From contig NC_058383.1 of assembly GCF_018350175.1 (NCBI RefSeq), forward strand, positions 14,262,001-14,326,000: a stretch of DNA of 64,000 bases, in the 5' to 3' direction. Below are positions 37,225 to 49,874 of this stretch, one piece after another (within the stretch, counting starts at the first letter, position 1; each line of letters begins with the position of its first letter). The DNA is from Felis catus (lineage: Eukaryota). A program made the position numbers and the translations under genes. The notes beneath the pieces were generated by a model. It saw nothing but the letters and a program-made list of their open reading frames with translations, made no database searches and had not been told where the DNA came from.

Positions 37225-38720
37225 CTTCATTCAGCAAATACTCACTGATCAGCTCCCATGTACCAGGTACCGGGTTGGATGCTGAAATGGTAATGAAAGA
37301 CAGATGATAAACTGGGAAAGATAAAGACGAGATGAATATAGATTGCGGTTAAGTGCTTTGAAGTAAATAAACAGAGTGCTGATCTACAGAGTAACTGGAA
37401 ATGAGGGTGTGCTTTAGAGGAAGGTCCACTGGGGAAAGAGAGGTGTCTCTGATGGTGACCTCATATAGAAATATGGTCTTTGCCAATGAAACTAAGTCAA
37501 GATGAGGTCATACTAGATTAGGGTGGGCCCTAAGTCCAAGGTAACTGGTGTCCTTATAAGAGGAGAGGAGACACAAAGACACAAACAGACACAGAAGGAA
37601 GAAGGATGTGGGAAGACAGGGACAGAGGGTGAAGTGATAATGTATCTACAAGCCAAAGAATGTCGCAATCTCCAGGAGCTAGGAAGAAGCAAGGGTGGAT
37701 TCTTTTCTAGAAACTTCAGAGCATGGCCCCAAACACCTTGATTTCATACTTCTAGCCTCCAGAACTATGGTTTTTGTTGTTCTAAGCCACCCATTTTCTT
37801 ATGGAAGCTCTAGGAAACCAATTCTAATAGTAACAGAAGTCACTGGAGTTTTGATATAGGGAAGGGTCATGATCTGGTTTATGCTGTTAGAACATCATTC
37901 CGAATTCTTTTGGAGCATGGGCTCTACAGAGCAAGAGTGAAGCAAGGAGTCCAGTTTGGAGGATGGTTCAGGCAGGAGATGATAGCAACTCCGATTAGGT
38001 GAGCCTAGGGAGGCGAAGAAATGAGAAGAGGCTTGTGTTGTAGGTAATCAAGGGAGACAGCCAGGTTTTAGATGGAACCATACGGGTGGACGGTAGTGCC
38101 ATTTACTGAGCTAAGGAGGACCGAACACCGAATAGATTTGGGGAGATATTTAAGCATTCTACTTTGGACATCTTAAGTAGAATTATAGGATGAGCATCCT
38201 ATGATGGGAGATATCAAATAGGTGATTGAACTATTTCTGAATCTGGAGCTCAGATGAGAGGTTGGGGTTGGGGATATACCTTTGGAGGCAGCAGCAAAGA
38301 GATGTCCATCAAGACTGAGGTCACTAAAGAGGGCTGGAGATGAGGCAAGGGCTCAGGATTGAGTGTTGGGTCATTCTAAAATTTAGAGATAGGAAGAGGA
38401 GACAAATTAAGTAATGGATGTCAAGAAGGAACAGCAACTAAAGAAGGAAGAAATCTGGGAGAATGTAATGACCTGGAAGCCAAAAGAAGAGCGTATTTCC
38501 AGAAGGAAGGAGTGGTCACTAGCCATGAGTGGTGCTGAGATGCCGGAAGAGTTCGGTGGGTTTGGCAACAGGAAGTTCACTGATGATCTCCATAAGGGTA
38601 TTCAGCCCTGATGGGGATTGGCAAAGGAAGGAATGGGAGAGCAGAAGTGGGGACAACAAGTTGACTACTCTTGGTGGTTTTTATTGTGAAGAGGAGAGGA
38701 GTCATGGGATTGTATCCAAC
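37225..38720 (-). mobile_element. LINE-2 remnant interrupted by an MLT1 LTR
   Basis: cattcagcaaatactcactga...tgtaccaggtac tail; atctggagctcagatgagaggttggg and ggaagccaaaagaagagcgtatttcc L2-like motifs. Confidence 0.75.
37455..37830 (+). mobile_element. MaLR LTR (MLT1B/C-like)
   Basis: gatgaggtcatactagattagggtgggccctaa...ctggtgtccttataaga...ttctagcctccagaact. Confidence 0.8.
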
Positions 38721-38989
38721 GGCTTTGGGAATCAGAGTAGGTTATTAATATCATTAGGTTTATCTTAAATTTCCATTATGATATAACTTCACACAGAAAA
38801 GTAGCAAGAATAGTATAAAAAATTTTACCCAGATTCCTCAGATGTTAACATTTTCTAATATTTCTATCTCTCCATATGTACATATTTTTTCCTGAACTGT
38901 TTGAGAATAAGTCGCAGACACGATGCGCCTTCCCCTCTTAATACCTCAGCGTGTGTATCCTAAGAACAAGGACATTCTCTCATTAAATA

Positions 38990-39196
38990 AAAAAATTTTT
39001 TTAATGTTTATTTTTTGAGAGAGACAGAGTGTGGGCGGGGGAGGGGCAGAGAGAGAGGGGGACACAGAATCCGAAGCAGGCTCCAGGCTCCGAGCTGTCA
39101 GCACAGAGCCCAATGTGGGGCTCGAACTCACAAGCTGTGAGATCACGACCTGAGCCGAAGTCAGACGCTTAACCGGCTGAGCCACCCAGGCGCCCC
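38990..39196 (-). mobile_element. Can-SINE
   Basis: Typical element. Confidence 0.95.
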
Positions 39197-39244
39197 ACGT
39201 GACACTGATATTTTCTATTTTTTTTATTTGTTAACATTCTAGCA

Positions 39245-39422
39245 ACTATATATATACTATATATATATGTACACATATATGTGTTTATTATATATGTGTA
39301 TGTAAACACATATATAACACATATGTAGGCTCCATGCTGGGGCTCTAATTCACAACCTCAAGATCAAGAGCTGAGCTGAACAAGAGTCAAGACACGTAGC
39401 TGACTGAGCCACCCAGGCACCT
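39245..39422 (-). mobile_element. Degenerate Can-SINE head with TA/CA-rich low-complexity tail
   Basis: gactgagccacccaggcacc at the right end; (TA)-rich 39245-39325. Confidence 0.7.
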
Positions 39423-40629
39423 TGACATTGACATTTTTGAAGACTGCAGTCCAGTTATTTTGAAAACCATCCCTCAATTTGGACACGTCTGTTCTTCAGA
39501 ATTAGATTCAGGTTATACTATTGTGCAGGAATACTCCCAAAAGTGATGTGTTCATCTCAGCACGTCTTATGAGGACACGTGTGGGATCTATTTGTTTCAT
39601 TACCGGTGGCATTAATGTTGATCACTTGGTTAAAGTTGGTGTCTGCCTGATAGTCAGTTACATTTCCTGAGCCCTCCAGTAAAATGTTGAATTAGTAAGA
39701 GCTAGGGGGCTCCGTTGCCTCGTTAGGACGATAGTCAAGTTGTGTGCCTGGTTAAGAAAGTAACAATTCCAATTTTCTTGAGTTTTTTTATTAGCATAAG
39801 TCGACATTGTTGAACGGCTTTCAGTATTTTCCATACCTCTACACATAATCGTAGATTTTCTTCTCTATTATGTTATTAGAGTTTCTAATACTGAATCAAA
39901 GTTTGCATCCCCGGAATAAATTCCACTAGGCCATGGTGTATCACTTTCTGAACGTGATATTCACTCATATCATGTTAGAACTTTTGCAACAAAATTTGTA
40001 ATTCTCTCTTTATCTCTCTCTGCCTCTCCCTGAGAGGTTTAGGTATCGATACCTACAAAAAAGACTTCGGAAGTTTTCTCCCTTTCTAATGCTCTGGAAC
40101 AATTTATGGAGAATTATGACTGTGTGGTCTTTGAACGTTTGGTAGAGTTTCCCTGTGAAACCATCTGGTGCTGGGAGGGCTTTATGTGGTAATTCCTTGA
40201 TGGTTTTTTCTATTTCTCCTTGGGAAACAGGTCTACTAAAGGTTTCCGTTTCTAATGAGGTCAACCCGGGTAAACTGCCTTTCCCTAGGATAGGCTTTCA
40301 AATTTATTTGCATACACCTACAAATAATTCTTTCAAAGAAAACTGTTTCAGTAGTGATTTTTCTCTTTGGTTTCTTATGTTATATTTTTGTGCTTTTTCC
40401 TTTTTTGATTAAACTAGCTAAAGGTTGGCTTGTTTTGTAAATTACTTTTTTAAAAACTAGAATTTTGATTTATTGATGAGATAGTGTGTTTTTCCCTTCT
40501 CTAGCTCATTGAGTTCTGCTTTTGTATTTATTATTGCCTTCTCTGTATTTCCTCGTGGCTTCCTTTGTTGTTCTTTTCCTAGCTTTTTGAGCTGGTAATG
40601 AAACTCAAGGATTTTTATTGCTAAAAGAG

Positions 40630-40676
40630 TTTTTTAAGTTTATATTTACTTAGAGAGCACACACAAGTTGGGGAGG

Positions 40677-40718
<42 letters not shown>

Positions 40719-40827
40719 CCCAAGCAGGCTCTGTACTGTCAGTGGCTTGATTCCAGAAACCGTGAGATCATGACCTGAGCCAAAATCACGTATCAGACGC
40801 TCAACCGACTGAGCCACCCAGGTGCCT
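40630..40827 (-). mobile_element. Can-SINE with long (GA)n
   Basis: TSD tattgctaaaag at 40616 and 40829. Confidence 0.93.
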
Positions 40828-41699
40828 CTATTGCTAAAAGTTTTTAAGGCTTTGAATATTCTTATGTAAGGCTTGAAGTTCTCCACTGACATTATGTGAT
40901 GTTTTCATAATTATTTCATAATTTCATAATTATTTCAATAATTATTATTTTTCAGAAGTACTTTAATTTTGGTTTCTACTTACCCTGGACTCATGATTTG
41001 TTTAGTAGTTTTTTAAAAAGTTTCCAGGCTGATGGCTTTAAAATATTTATTAATAATTTTTAATTTTATTGCATTGTGATCAGAGAGTGTTGTTTGTAAT
41101 GTTTCTGTTTTATGATAGGTACTGCTGTTTCCTTTGTGATTATTTTTTTAAAACTTCTCCCAAGGTTGAAAAGAAGGTATATTGTCTTTTTCTAGGAGGG
41201 AAGTTTGATGAATAACCATCAGTTCTGTCATATTGATAGTATTATTTAAGCATTCTATATGTTTACTCCTTGTCTCTTTGGTTTGCTTATGCTAAGAGTG
41301 GGGTGTTAATATTTCTTATCAGTCTGGGTTCTTGCCTATGTTTTCTTGCATCTAGTGTATTGATTCATAAAGACGGTTCCTGCACTATTTGGTGCATAGA
41401 TATGAAAAATGTTTATATCTTCATGGTGAATTATGGCTTTTAGCATTAAAAAAATCACCTGTGTTCCAGTTAATTGATTGCATTTAATGCCTTTTGTCTC
41501 GTATCCACTTTCGGTGGTATTGGGATCATGAACCCTGCTTTTTCCTTTTTCTACTGTTAATGATAATTTGAAGTTTTGAGGGTTCTTTGTCTTACAGTAA
41601 CGCTATAATTTTATTTGTTCTTTTACACATTATTTATTACTATTTTGGAAAATGTGGTGAGAAATTGGGATTTGGGGAGCCCCAAATTCTCATTGCTGT

Positions 41700-41930
41700 T
41701 TTTTTTTTTTTAAATTTTTAATGTTTATTTTTGAGAGACAGAGAGACAGAGAGAGACAGAGCACGAGCAGGGTAGGGGCAGAGACAGAGAGCGAGACACG
41801 GAATCCGAAGCAGGCTCCAGGCCCTGAGCTGTCAGCAAAGGGCCCGATGCAGGGCTGGAATTCCTGAACTGGGAGATCATGACCTGAGCCAAAGTGGGAT
41901 GTTTAGCCGACTGGACCATCCAGATGCCCC
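41700..41930 (-). mobile_element. Can-SINE
   Basis: TSD approximately ttgctgttttt. Confidence 0.93.
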
Positions 41931-42039
41931 TCTTGTTGCTGTTTTTAAGTTGGGAGATAATTGGATTTAAAGTTCGTTACTGATGAGCATATTGACCTAC
42001 ATTGATGAAGCAATTGCATCAAAATCCCATGAGGTTCTT

Positions 42040-42165
42040 GGTGGACTTCTTAGACTCCACTCTATGTAGACTGGATTAGAATCCCTGGAAGTGAGGCCCA
42101 GCAGTTTGTATTTCAAGGGACGCCTCAGTGGGTTCTTTGCTCATTAAAGTTTGGGAGTCACTGGT
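42040..42165. mobile_element. MER5-like hAT DNA transposon fragment
   Basis: agaatccctggaagtgaggcccagcagtttgtatttcaa...aaagtttgggagtcactg. Confidence 0.55.
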
Positions 42166-42716
42166 GTAGGCGGGAAAAATGATAAAGTCAGATACGGGAA
42201 CAATTACGCTTGGTCACAGCACTGCAAAGCTAGAATTTGGGGGACTTCGGGTAACTGATGGGATATTTATGGGCCCCACCGTGTCATCATTTAGGTATCC
42301 ATTCAACAAGAACTTATTGGTCACCAGTAAGTTCTTTTAGGTTCATTTATTTCTTGATGTAAATTATAGCCGTCAGAAAGTTAAAAAAAAAAAATCTCTC
42401 CATATATTGTATTTTACACCTTGCTATTAGAGAGGAACAAATGATAATCTGGTATCTGAGATTTAGTAAAACCAAAAGCCTTTTCAGTGTCTGCCTCATC
42501 TGTCCGCTGGGTTTAGAGCGATGGCTGTTGTTCCGTGGCCACGTTCCTGGGAACTTGCAAAATGACTTTTCCATCACCAAGTACTTCTTCCTTCTGGGAT
42601 CCTTGCTTCACTGGCTCCTGTGACCTAGAAATCACATTTCTTCCTTTTCCTTACAAGTTGCGATAACAGAGATCACATCTTATCTGAATTGGTGGTCTTA
42701 CTATCTGGATGATCAA

Positions 42717-43076
42717 GGGCATCTGGGTAGCTGAGTCGGTGAAGCGTCTAACTTTTTTTTTTTTTTAAGTTTTATTTATTTATTTATTTTTGAGAAAGAG
42801 AGAGAGAAAATGAACGAGTGGGGGAGGGGCAGAGAGAGGGAGACAGAGAATCCCAGCAGGCTCTGCACTGTCAGCACGGAGCCCAACTGCACCAAACCGT
42901 GAGATCATGACCTGAGCCGAAATCAAGAGTCGGACGCTTAACTGACGGAGCCATCTAGGCGCCCTTAAAGGATCTGACTCTTGCTCTTGGCTTAGGTGTT
43001 GATCTCAGGGTCGTTCAAGCCCTGTGTTGGGCTCCACATTGGCCTTGGAGCCTACTTAAAAAAAACAACAACAAAA
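42717..43076 (+). mobile_element. Short + strand Can-SINE containing a nested - strand Can-SINE (42753-42964)
   Basis: Outer TSD ctggatgatca (42705-42715, 43077-43087); the outer head is split at ...aagcgtctaact / ...atctgactcttg. Confidence 0.9.
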
Positions 43077-43199
43077 CTGGATGATCAGACGAACTAATTT
43101 GTAAGCAAACGAGTTCACTAAAAGTTTTCAGACAACAGCTAGGATATCACCTTGTTTGGAGTAGATTTAGGTTAGACTCCGTGTATCTTCCCTGTAGCG

Positions 43200-43264
43200 T
43201 GGTCGAGCCATATGAAATTGCCGACACTTGCCCAGAACTGGCAATTTTCCTGGGATGCAGCCTG
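43200..43264. mobile_element. MADE2-like mariner MITE (degenerate palindrome)
   Basis: ggtcgagccatatgaaattgcc ... ggcaattttcctggga resembles the MADE2 inverted repeats as I recall them. Confidence 0.5.
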
Positions 43265-44967
43265 TCACTTCGGTTCTCTGAAACTTGGCCCTGGGTGTGG
43301 TTTAGCTACTGGCTTCCTGTTAGTCGGAATAGGCAGGTAATCACTTTATGCTTTTTGCTTTATTATGGGTGAATTATTTACTTCGACACCTTGTCAGATT
43401 TTTAAACAGTTCCTTTTTATGCAACCAAGGGCTCAATGAATTATTTCACACTCGACTGGAAGACCTTAAAGGGAAATCGGCCCAGGCTTGGGTCATCGTT
43501 TTTCAAAAACTGGTCTCGCATTTTAGTTGGGAGTTGGGAGTCAACTAGCTTGATCAGCGTGCCTCTCGTGGCAAGCCTGCCTTAGCACTTGAACCCCACC
43601 GCCTCCATTCTTCGTTTCTGGAAATGGCCTTGACGCTCCCTTTCCTTTTCACGCTCCTTTCCTGAGTGAACGCTCTTACGCTTGGGAAGAATCTTCGGTT
43701 CAATTCAACAAATAGCAGTTGTGTCTTTACCGTGTGGCAGACACAGAGCTAAGAGCTTGAGGAATGTGGAAATGGACGCGATGTGCTCCCTGACTGCAAG
43801 GAGGTTTTAATCTGGTGGGAGAAGTGGGCGTGTGTGGCTGGAATAGTTGGAGGCGTAAAATAGCCGTGACATTGACTTCCCACTGAGCGTTACTCTTGTT
43901 GCATAGATTGAACGCCTCCCGCGTCAGGTTGCAAAGCCTGGCGACACAATATATGTTGTGAATAGCATTGCATCTTGGCTATAAATGAACCCAGGGAGAG
44001 AGAGAGTGGGGAGAGAGGGGCAGAAAAGGTGGAGTGCAACGTGGACATTTGTTGTGGACATTTGTGGCTGGGCCCCGGGGTGCCGTTCACGTCCGGAAGG
44101 GGCAGGCTCTTTTCCCACGTGAGATTTTTGTCTCTGTGACTAAGAACACTTTTGGTGAGCGGGTCTGTGTGCAAACTTGCATTCTGCCCGTGAGCCTGTG
44201 TGTTCATGCTTAACTGATTCAACGAGTACATTTCCCCCAACATATTACACCAAATGTACTTAACGGCAATTAGAATGTTTGCCGCCTGCTGTGTGCAAAT
44301 CTCCCCAGAAAACAAAACTCTCCTAAATGGCAGTATAAGTAATTCTGAAGATTAAAGCCAGTGATTTGCAGAGTACTTGGTTTGTTTGCTTCCTGCAAAT
44401 ATCAAGATTAACAAAGAAACTCATTGATCCCATTTCGCCTCCTCGAAGCTTGTGCGTGGGCCTGAGGGAGTCCATCCCACGTGGCCGCGCGATTCACATG
44501 AAGACTTGCTCGTGCTTTCTTTTACGGCCAAGATGCTGATTCGGGGGGCGTTTCTCTTGGCAAGCGTGTCTCAACAAAACAGATCGGTTTATGTATATTT
44601 TTACAGGAAGCGCTCCACCCAGCCCGTCCCCAGCCATGGCCCCCTCAAAGGGTCCGAAGCAAAGCGCGACCCGTTTACAGCTGTTGAAAGGGCAGCTCGG
44701 GTCCCAACCCAAGAACGTAGTCTGGTTGTGTGATGTTGGCTGGATCTCAGCCACTCTGGGCAACTGTGAAAACAGGGCCTTGAACAAAACGCTCTTCAAA
44801 CCTCCCTTCCATTGCTAATGTGGTAATTTGCTCCAGGCCCAATAATTTTGGACCACGGATGGTGTGCCCTGGGCTGAGCCAGGCGCTGGTAAACAATCGT
44901 GAGGCAGTCTTTGCCGGTCGGAGCAGAGACGTCTTCTCCAAACACACATGATGTCCCGGTTCCCTCT

Positions 44968-45190
44968 GTTTTTGTTTTTGTTTTTTTTTAAGTTTATTTA
45001 TTTTGATAGAGAGAGAGAGAGAGAGCACAAGCAGGGGAGAGAAAGAGGGAGAGAGAGAAAGAATCCTAAGCAGGCTTCACACTGTCAGCGCAGAGCCCGA
45101 CGCGGGGCTGGAACTCACGAACTGTGAGATCGTGGCCTGAACTGACACCAAGCGTCGGATGCTAACTGACTGAGCCACCCGGGGGGCCCC
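44968..45190 (-). mobile_element. Can-SINE (older)
   Basis: T-rich tail, (GA)n, head ending gagccacccggggggcccc. Confidence 0.92.
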
Positions 45191-45449
45191 ACTCCGTAGC
45201 CACCAGCTGCCCATGCCAGCGGCCATTTTAGACAGTTTCTTGGGACAGCGTTACCTCCCCATTCCTTGTCATCCAGACCTTCCTGCCCCCGCTGCCATCC
45301 CCCCGCTTGGAATTCTCCGATTTCCAACCGTCTGCCCTTCGTCCCCCATCCCAGGTCCTTCCCATTCCTCGCTCCCCACCTGGACCCGATAGATGACTTG
45401 CCCATAAGCTGGTAAGTGGCAGACCCAGGATTCAAGGTCAGTCCTGCTC

Positions 45450-45620
45450 TCCATCTTCGATGCCAAGGGTGACCCGTGTACCTCTGGCCTCCTCATCGGC
45501 TGGGACTTGTTAGAAATGCGGGAGCTCGGCCCTCGCTCCACACCCACTGCATCAAAATACGCTTTTTAACAAGATTCTCTGGTGGTTCACCTACATCGTC
45601 GAGTCCAAGAAGCCTGGTCT
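45450..45620. mobile_element. MER5A-like DNA transposon
   Basis: gacttgttagaaatgc...tttttaacaagattctctggtggttc. Confidence 0.65.
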
Positions 45621-47456
45621 GAGACCGGCACCCTGACCCAGACTCTCAGTAAGCTTGCAACCACTGAGGCATCCTGGCCGAGTCCCCACTAGCCAGGCGA
45701 GGTCGGAGGTGGCCTTCAAATGCCTTGACTTGCACATCTCCTGTGCTTCTCTGGTGGCTGAACCTACTGAGCAGATAGGGGCAGAAAGGCTGTGCTGCCC
45801 TACTGTTGTCCAAGCCCGAGGACTTTGCTACATCTAGCGTCATTAAAAGCCACCGGGGCAGTGTGGGAAGGTCAGCGGAAAGAACCGTACGTCCAGTAAT
45901 TTTCAGCCAAGATAAATGCAGCAAAGGGGTTCCCACAGGCTGTCGAATAATCGTACGCGGACCGATACGGAGGCAAAGCGCACGAACTCCCGGACCGATG
46001 AGTAACCACTCAGCGCTTTCTTCCACCTGCCACACGCATGTTTGCACCCTGGCTGCTTCTCTGCACACCCGCGGGCCCACGGCCCTCCTAGCACTAGCCA
46101 GGACTGGGAGAGTCTGCTCCCCATGACCGGACATCACCCTAAGAAGTCCCAGCGGGAGGCACCCTTCAGCACTCTTCTCGGCCTCCGTGCAGATTTCCCT
46201 CGCTGGTACTTAAGGGCGGCTACTTGGGGCTGTCTGTGTCTCCAGAAACCCTCCGATATTCCACCCTGAGCAAGCCCCATCGCTGCCAGTAATTTTGGAT
46301 CTTCTGTAGTCTTGTGCTGTCCCTACCGCCACACGTCTACCTGGACACAGAGACTGTGCACGCAGGGAAGAGCTATGGAATTCTCCTGGGCCACCGCCAG
46401 CCCCTGTACCTGGAGCAGAAGGAAGATGGATGTCTGGAGCCAACCTCTTCTTTCAGGGAGGCTCCCCGTTCATCAGGACAGAAGAGGCAGCCCAGGGGTA
46501 CCTTCGCAGAGGCTGGGGTCTGCCTCGCGCCCGACCTTTTAAGCCAGACTGCCTTCCCCATCCTCGCCCCTGACTGGTCCGGACACTGAGCTCCGGGGCT
46601 GTGGAAACAGGGTGCTAACTTTTGGTTCAGTATCCTGATTTCTAACTTCCCGAACACAGATGTGCCGATCCGCCTTCCTCCACTCCTGGCGTTTTGGACC
46701 TTGGTGTTCGTCCAAAGTTTTTCCTTTGCAGGCTCGGGGCCGTGGGGAAGGTGGGGGGGATCTTGATGGAGCCTGTCGCTCCAGCTGTCATCCTCAAAGG
46801 ACTCAGTGCCCTCCACCAGTACCCCTCCCAGGCGTTTCCCAGCCCCTCTTCTGTGAGGTGTTCACGTAGGAGTGGAATTTCCAATTTAACATCACTTTGC
46901 CAAGTGATGGCACCCCTATAAATATCCGTTTGGACCAGTGTGCAAAGTAGAAGATTTTGTGGGGGGTTGTAGACATATTGCCACGTATTTTTTTTTTTTA
47001 TTAGAACCCATTGGCAATTACTCATTAAGGCAGTTTTTAAACACGGACACACAGAGATCCAGAGTCAGGGAGTAAAATGTCTCAGGACGAGAAGAGTTAG
47101 ATGTGCCAGGACACTCATTCTGAGAAAGCCATTACTTCGCCTGCTGGACCTTAACATGCTTCCTGCCTCCCATCAGTCCTGCTGGCAGAATAGGGAACAC
47201 GATTCTTTAAGGATGTAGGCACACGGGACCGGAGGGACTCATTTGCTGGGGCTGAATGCCAAGTGAACATTCTTTTTAAACTTGCTTCTCTGCTCTTTCC
47301 TTTTCCTCCCTTGCTCTGGGAGGAAGCTTTAATGCACCATATCTATTCTTCCCCGCACTACTCCTCATACAAAACACGACATTGAAATATACAGATGTTT
47401 CCTATGAGCTTCTGACGGCCATACCCAATAGATTTTTCAAGTCTTTTTCTAATTTA

Positions 47457-47688
47457 CTTTGTTTTTTTAATTTCTATTTTAAGTTTATTTATTTATTTTG
47501 AGAGAGACAGAGAGAGACAGCATGAGTGGGGCAGGGGCAGAGAGAGAGGGAAAGTTAGGATGCCAGGCAGGCTCTGCACGGTCAACGCAGAGCCCGACAT
47601 GGGGCTTGAACTCACGAAATCACGAGATCATGACCTGAGCTAAAACCAAGAGTTGGACGCTTAACCGACTGAGCCACCCAGGCGCCCC
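47457..47688 (-). mobile_element. Can-SINE (older), abutting the L1 tail
   Basis: Typical element. Confidence 0.93.
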
Positions 47689-47699
47689 TAGTGTTTCTA

Positions 47700-47701
47700 G
47701 T

Positions 47702-47740
<39 letters not shown>

Positions 47741-49641
47741 TTCTTTATTTTTTTTTCAATAAATGAAGTTTATTGTCAAATTGGTTTCCGTACAACACCA
47801 GTGCTCATCCCAAAAGGTGCCCTCCTCCATACCCATCACCCACCCTCCCCTCCTTCCCACCCCCCATCAACCCTCAGTTTGTTCTCAGTTTTTAAGAGTC
47901 TCTTATGCTTTGGCTCTCTTCCACTCTAACCTCTTTTTTTTTTTCCTTCCCCTCCCCCATGGATTTCTGTTAAGTTTCTCAGGATCCACATAAGAGTGAA
48001 AACATATGGTATCTGTCTTTCTCTGTATGGCTTATTTCACTTAGCATCACACTCTCCAGTTCCATCCACGTTGCTACAAAGGGCCATATTTCATTCTTTC
48101 TCATTGCCACGTAGTACTCCATTGTGTATATAAACCACAATTTCTTTATCCATTCATCAGTTGATGGACATTTAGGCTCTTTCCGTAATTTGGCTATTGT
48201 TGAGAGTGCTGCTATAAACATTGGGGTACAAGTGCCCCTATGCATCAGTACTCCTGTATCCCTTGGGTAAATTCCTAGCAGTGCTATTTCTTGGCCATAG
48301 GGTAGGTCTATTTTTAATTTTTTGAGGAACCTCCACACTGTTTTCCAGAGTGGCTGCACCAATTTGCATTCCCACCAACAGTACAAGAGGGTTCCCATTT
48401 CTCCACATCCTCTCCAGCATCTATAGTCTCCTGATTTGTTCGTTTTGGCCACTCTGACTGGCGTGAGGTGATATCTGAGTGTGGTTTTGATTTGTATTTC
48501 CCTGATGAGGAGCGACGTTGAGCATCTTTTCATGTGCCTGTTGGCCATCTGGATGTCTTCTTTAGAGAAGTGTCTATTCATGTTTTCTGCCCATTTCTTC
48601 ACTGGGTTATTTGTTTTTCGGGTGTGGAGTTTGGTGAGCTCTTTATAGATTTTGGATACTAGCCCTTTGTCCGATATGTCATTTGCAAATATCTTTTCCC
48701 ATTCTGTTGGTTGCCTTTTAGTTTTGTTGGTTGTTTCCTTTGCTGTGCAGAAGCTTTTTATCTTCATAAGGTCCCAGTAATTCACTTTTGCTTTTAATTC
48801 CCTTGCCTTTGGGGATGTGTCGAGTAAGAGATTGCTATGGCTGAGGTCAGAGAGGTCTTTTCCTGCTTTCTCCTCTAAGGTTTTGATGGTTTCCTGTCTC
48901 ACATTCAGGTCCTTTATCCATTTTGAGTTTATTTTTGTGAATGGTGTGAGAAAGTGGTCTAGTTTCAACCTTCTGCATGTTGCTGTCCAGTTCTCCCAGC
49001 ACCATTTGTTAAAGAGGCTGTCTTTTTTCCATTGGATCTTCTTTCCTGCTTTGTCAAAGATGAGTTGGCCATACTTTTGTGGGTCCAATTCTGGAGTCTC
49101 TATTCTATTCCATTGGTCTATGTGTCTGTTTTTGTGCCAATACCATGCTGTCTTGATGATGACAGCTTTGTAGTAGAGGCTAAAGTCTGGGATTGTGATG
49201 CCTCCTGCTTTGGTCTTCTTCTTCAAAATTACTTTGGCTATTCGGGGCCTTTTGTGGTTCCATATGAATTTTAGGATTGCTTGTTCTAGTTTCGAGAAGA
49301 ATGCTGGTGCAATTTTGATTGGGATTGCATTGAATGTGTAGATAGCTTTGGGTAGTATTGACATTTTGACAATATTTATTCTTCCAATCCATGAGCACGG
49401 AATGTTTTTCCATTTCTTTATGTCTTCTTCAATTTCCTTAATAAGCTTTCTATAGTTTTCAGCATACAGATCTTGTACATCTTTGGTTAGATTTATTCCT
49501 AGGTATTTTATGCTTCTTGGTGCAATTGTGAATGGGACCAGTTTCTTTGTCTTTCTGTTGCTTCATTATTAGTGTATAAGAATGCAACTGATTTCTGTAC
49601 TTTGATTTTGTATCCTGCAACCTTGCTAAATTCATGTATCA
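47700..49641 (-). mobile_element. Young 5'-truncated felid LINE-1 (L1_Fc-like): 3' part of ORF2, 3'UTR and (TAAA)n tail
   Basis: ORF 47979..49364 (461 aa) is unmistakable L1 ORF2 C-terminal sequence with its natural stop. Short G-rich 3'UTR, (TTTA)n/T tail at 47701-47756, and AGTTTATTTATTTATTT at both ends (47699 and 49641) as probable TSD. Confidence 0.97.
47979..49641 (-). pseudogene. L1 ORF2p fragment (post-RT region and Cys-rich C-terminus), non-functional
   Basis: Lacks the endonuclease and most of the RT. Apparent small frameshifting deletion near 49547. Zinc-knuckle reads [18 protein letters not shown], with Tyr in place of the usual His. Confidence 0.9.
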
Positions 49642-49659
49642 GTTTATTTATTTATTTTT

Positions 49660-49874
49660 TAATTAAAACAATTTTTTTCAATCTTCATTTATTTTTGAGA
49701 GATAAAGCACAGAGTGCGAGCAGGAGAGGAACAGAGAGAGAGGGAGACACAGAATCCGAGGCAGGCTCCAGGCTCCGAGCCGTCCGCACAGAGCCCGGCG
49801 CCGGGCTCGAACCCACGAACCGTGAGATCGTGACCCGAGCCGAAGCCGGACGCTTAACCGACTGGGCCACCCCG
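49660..49874 (-). mobile_element. Can-SINE, abutting the L1 5' truncation point
   Basis: CpG-rich body; followed by tctttttctaattta. Confidence 0.93.

Larger units (their letters stand above)
38770..41650 (-). mobile_element. Old L1 (L1MC-like 3' end plus ORF2 remnants), interrupted by SINEs
   Basis: ORF 40010..40264 (EIEKTIKELPHKALPAPDGFTGKLYQTFK) is decayed L1 ORF2 at the start of the RT region; T-rich strand bias. Confidence 0.75.

Noticed and set aside
40903..40950. Short ttcataatta tandem repeat
   Set aside because: Slippage-type AT-rich micro-duplication inside an old L1; ordinary.
47758..47763. Sense-strand AATAAA at the L1 tail, and in + strand SINE tails, as intronic poly(A) signals
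   Set aside because: The hexamer is common in these repeats; nothing in the sequence shows that it is used.
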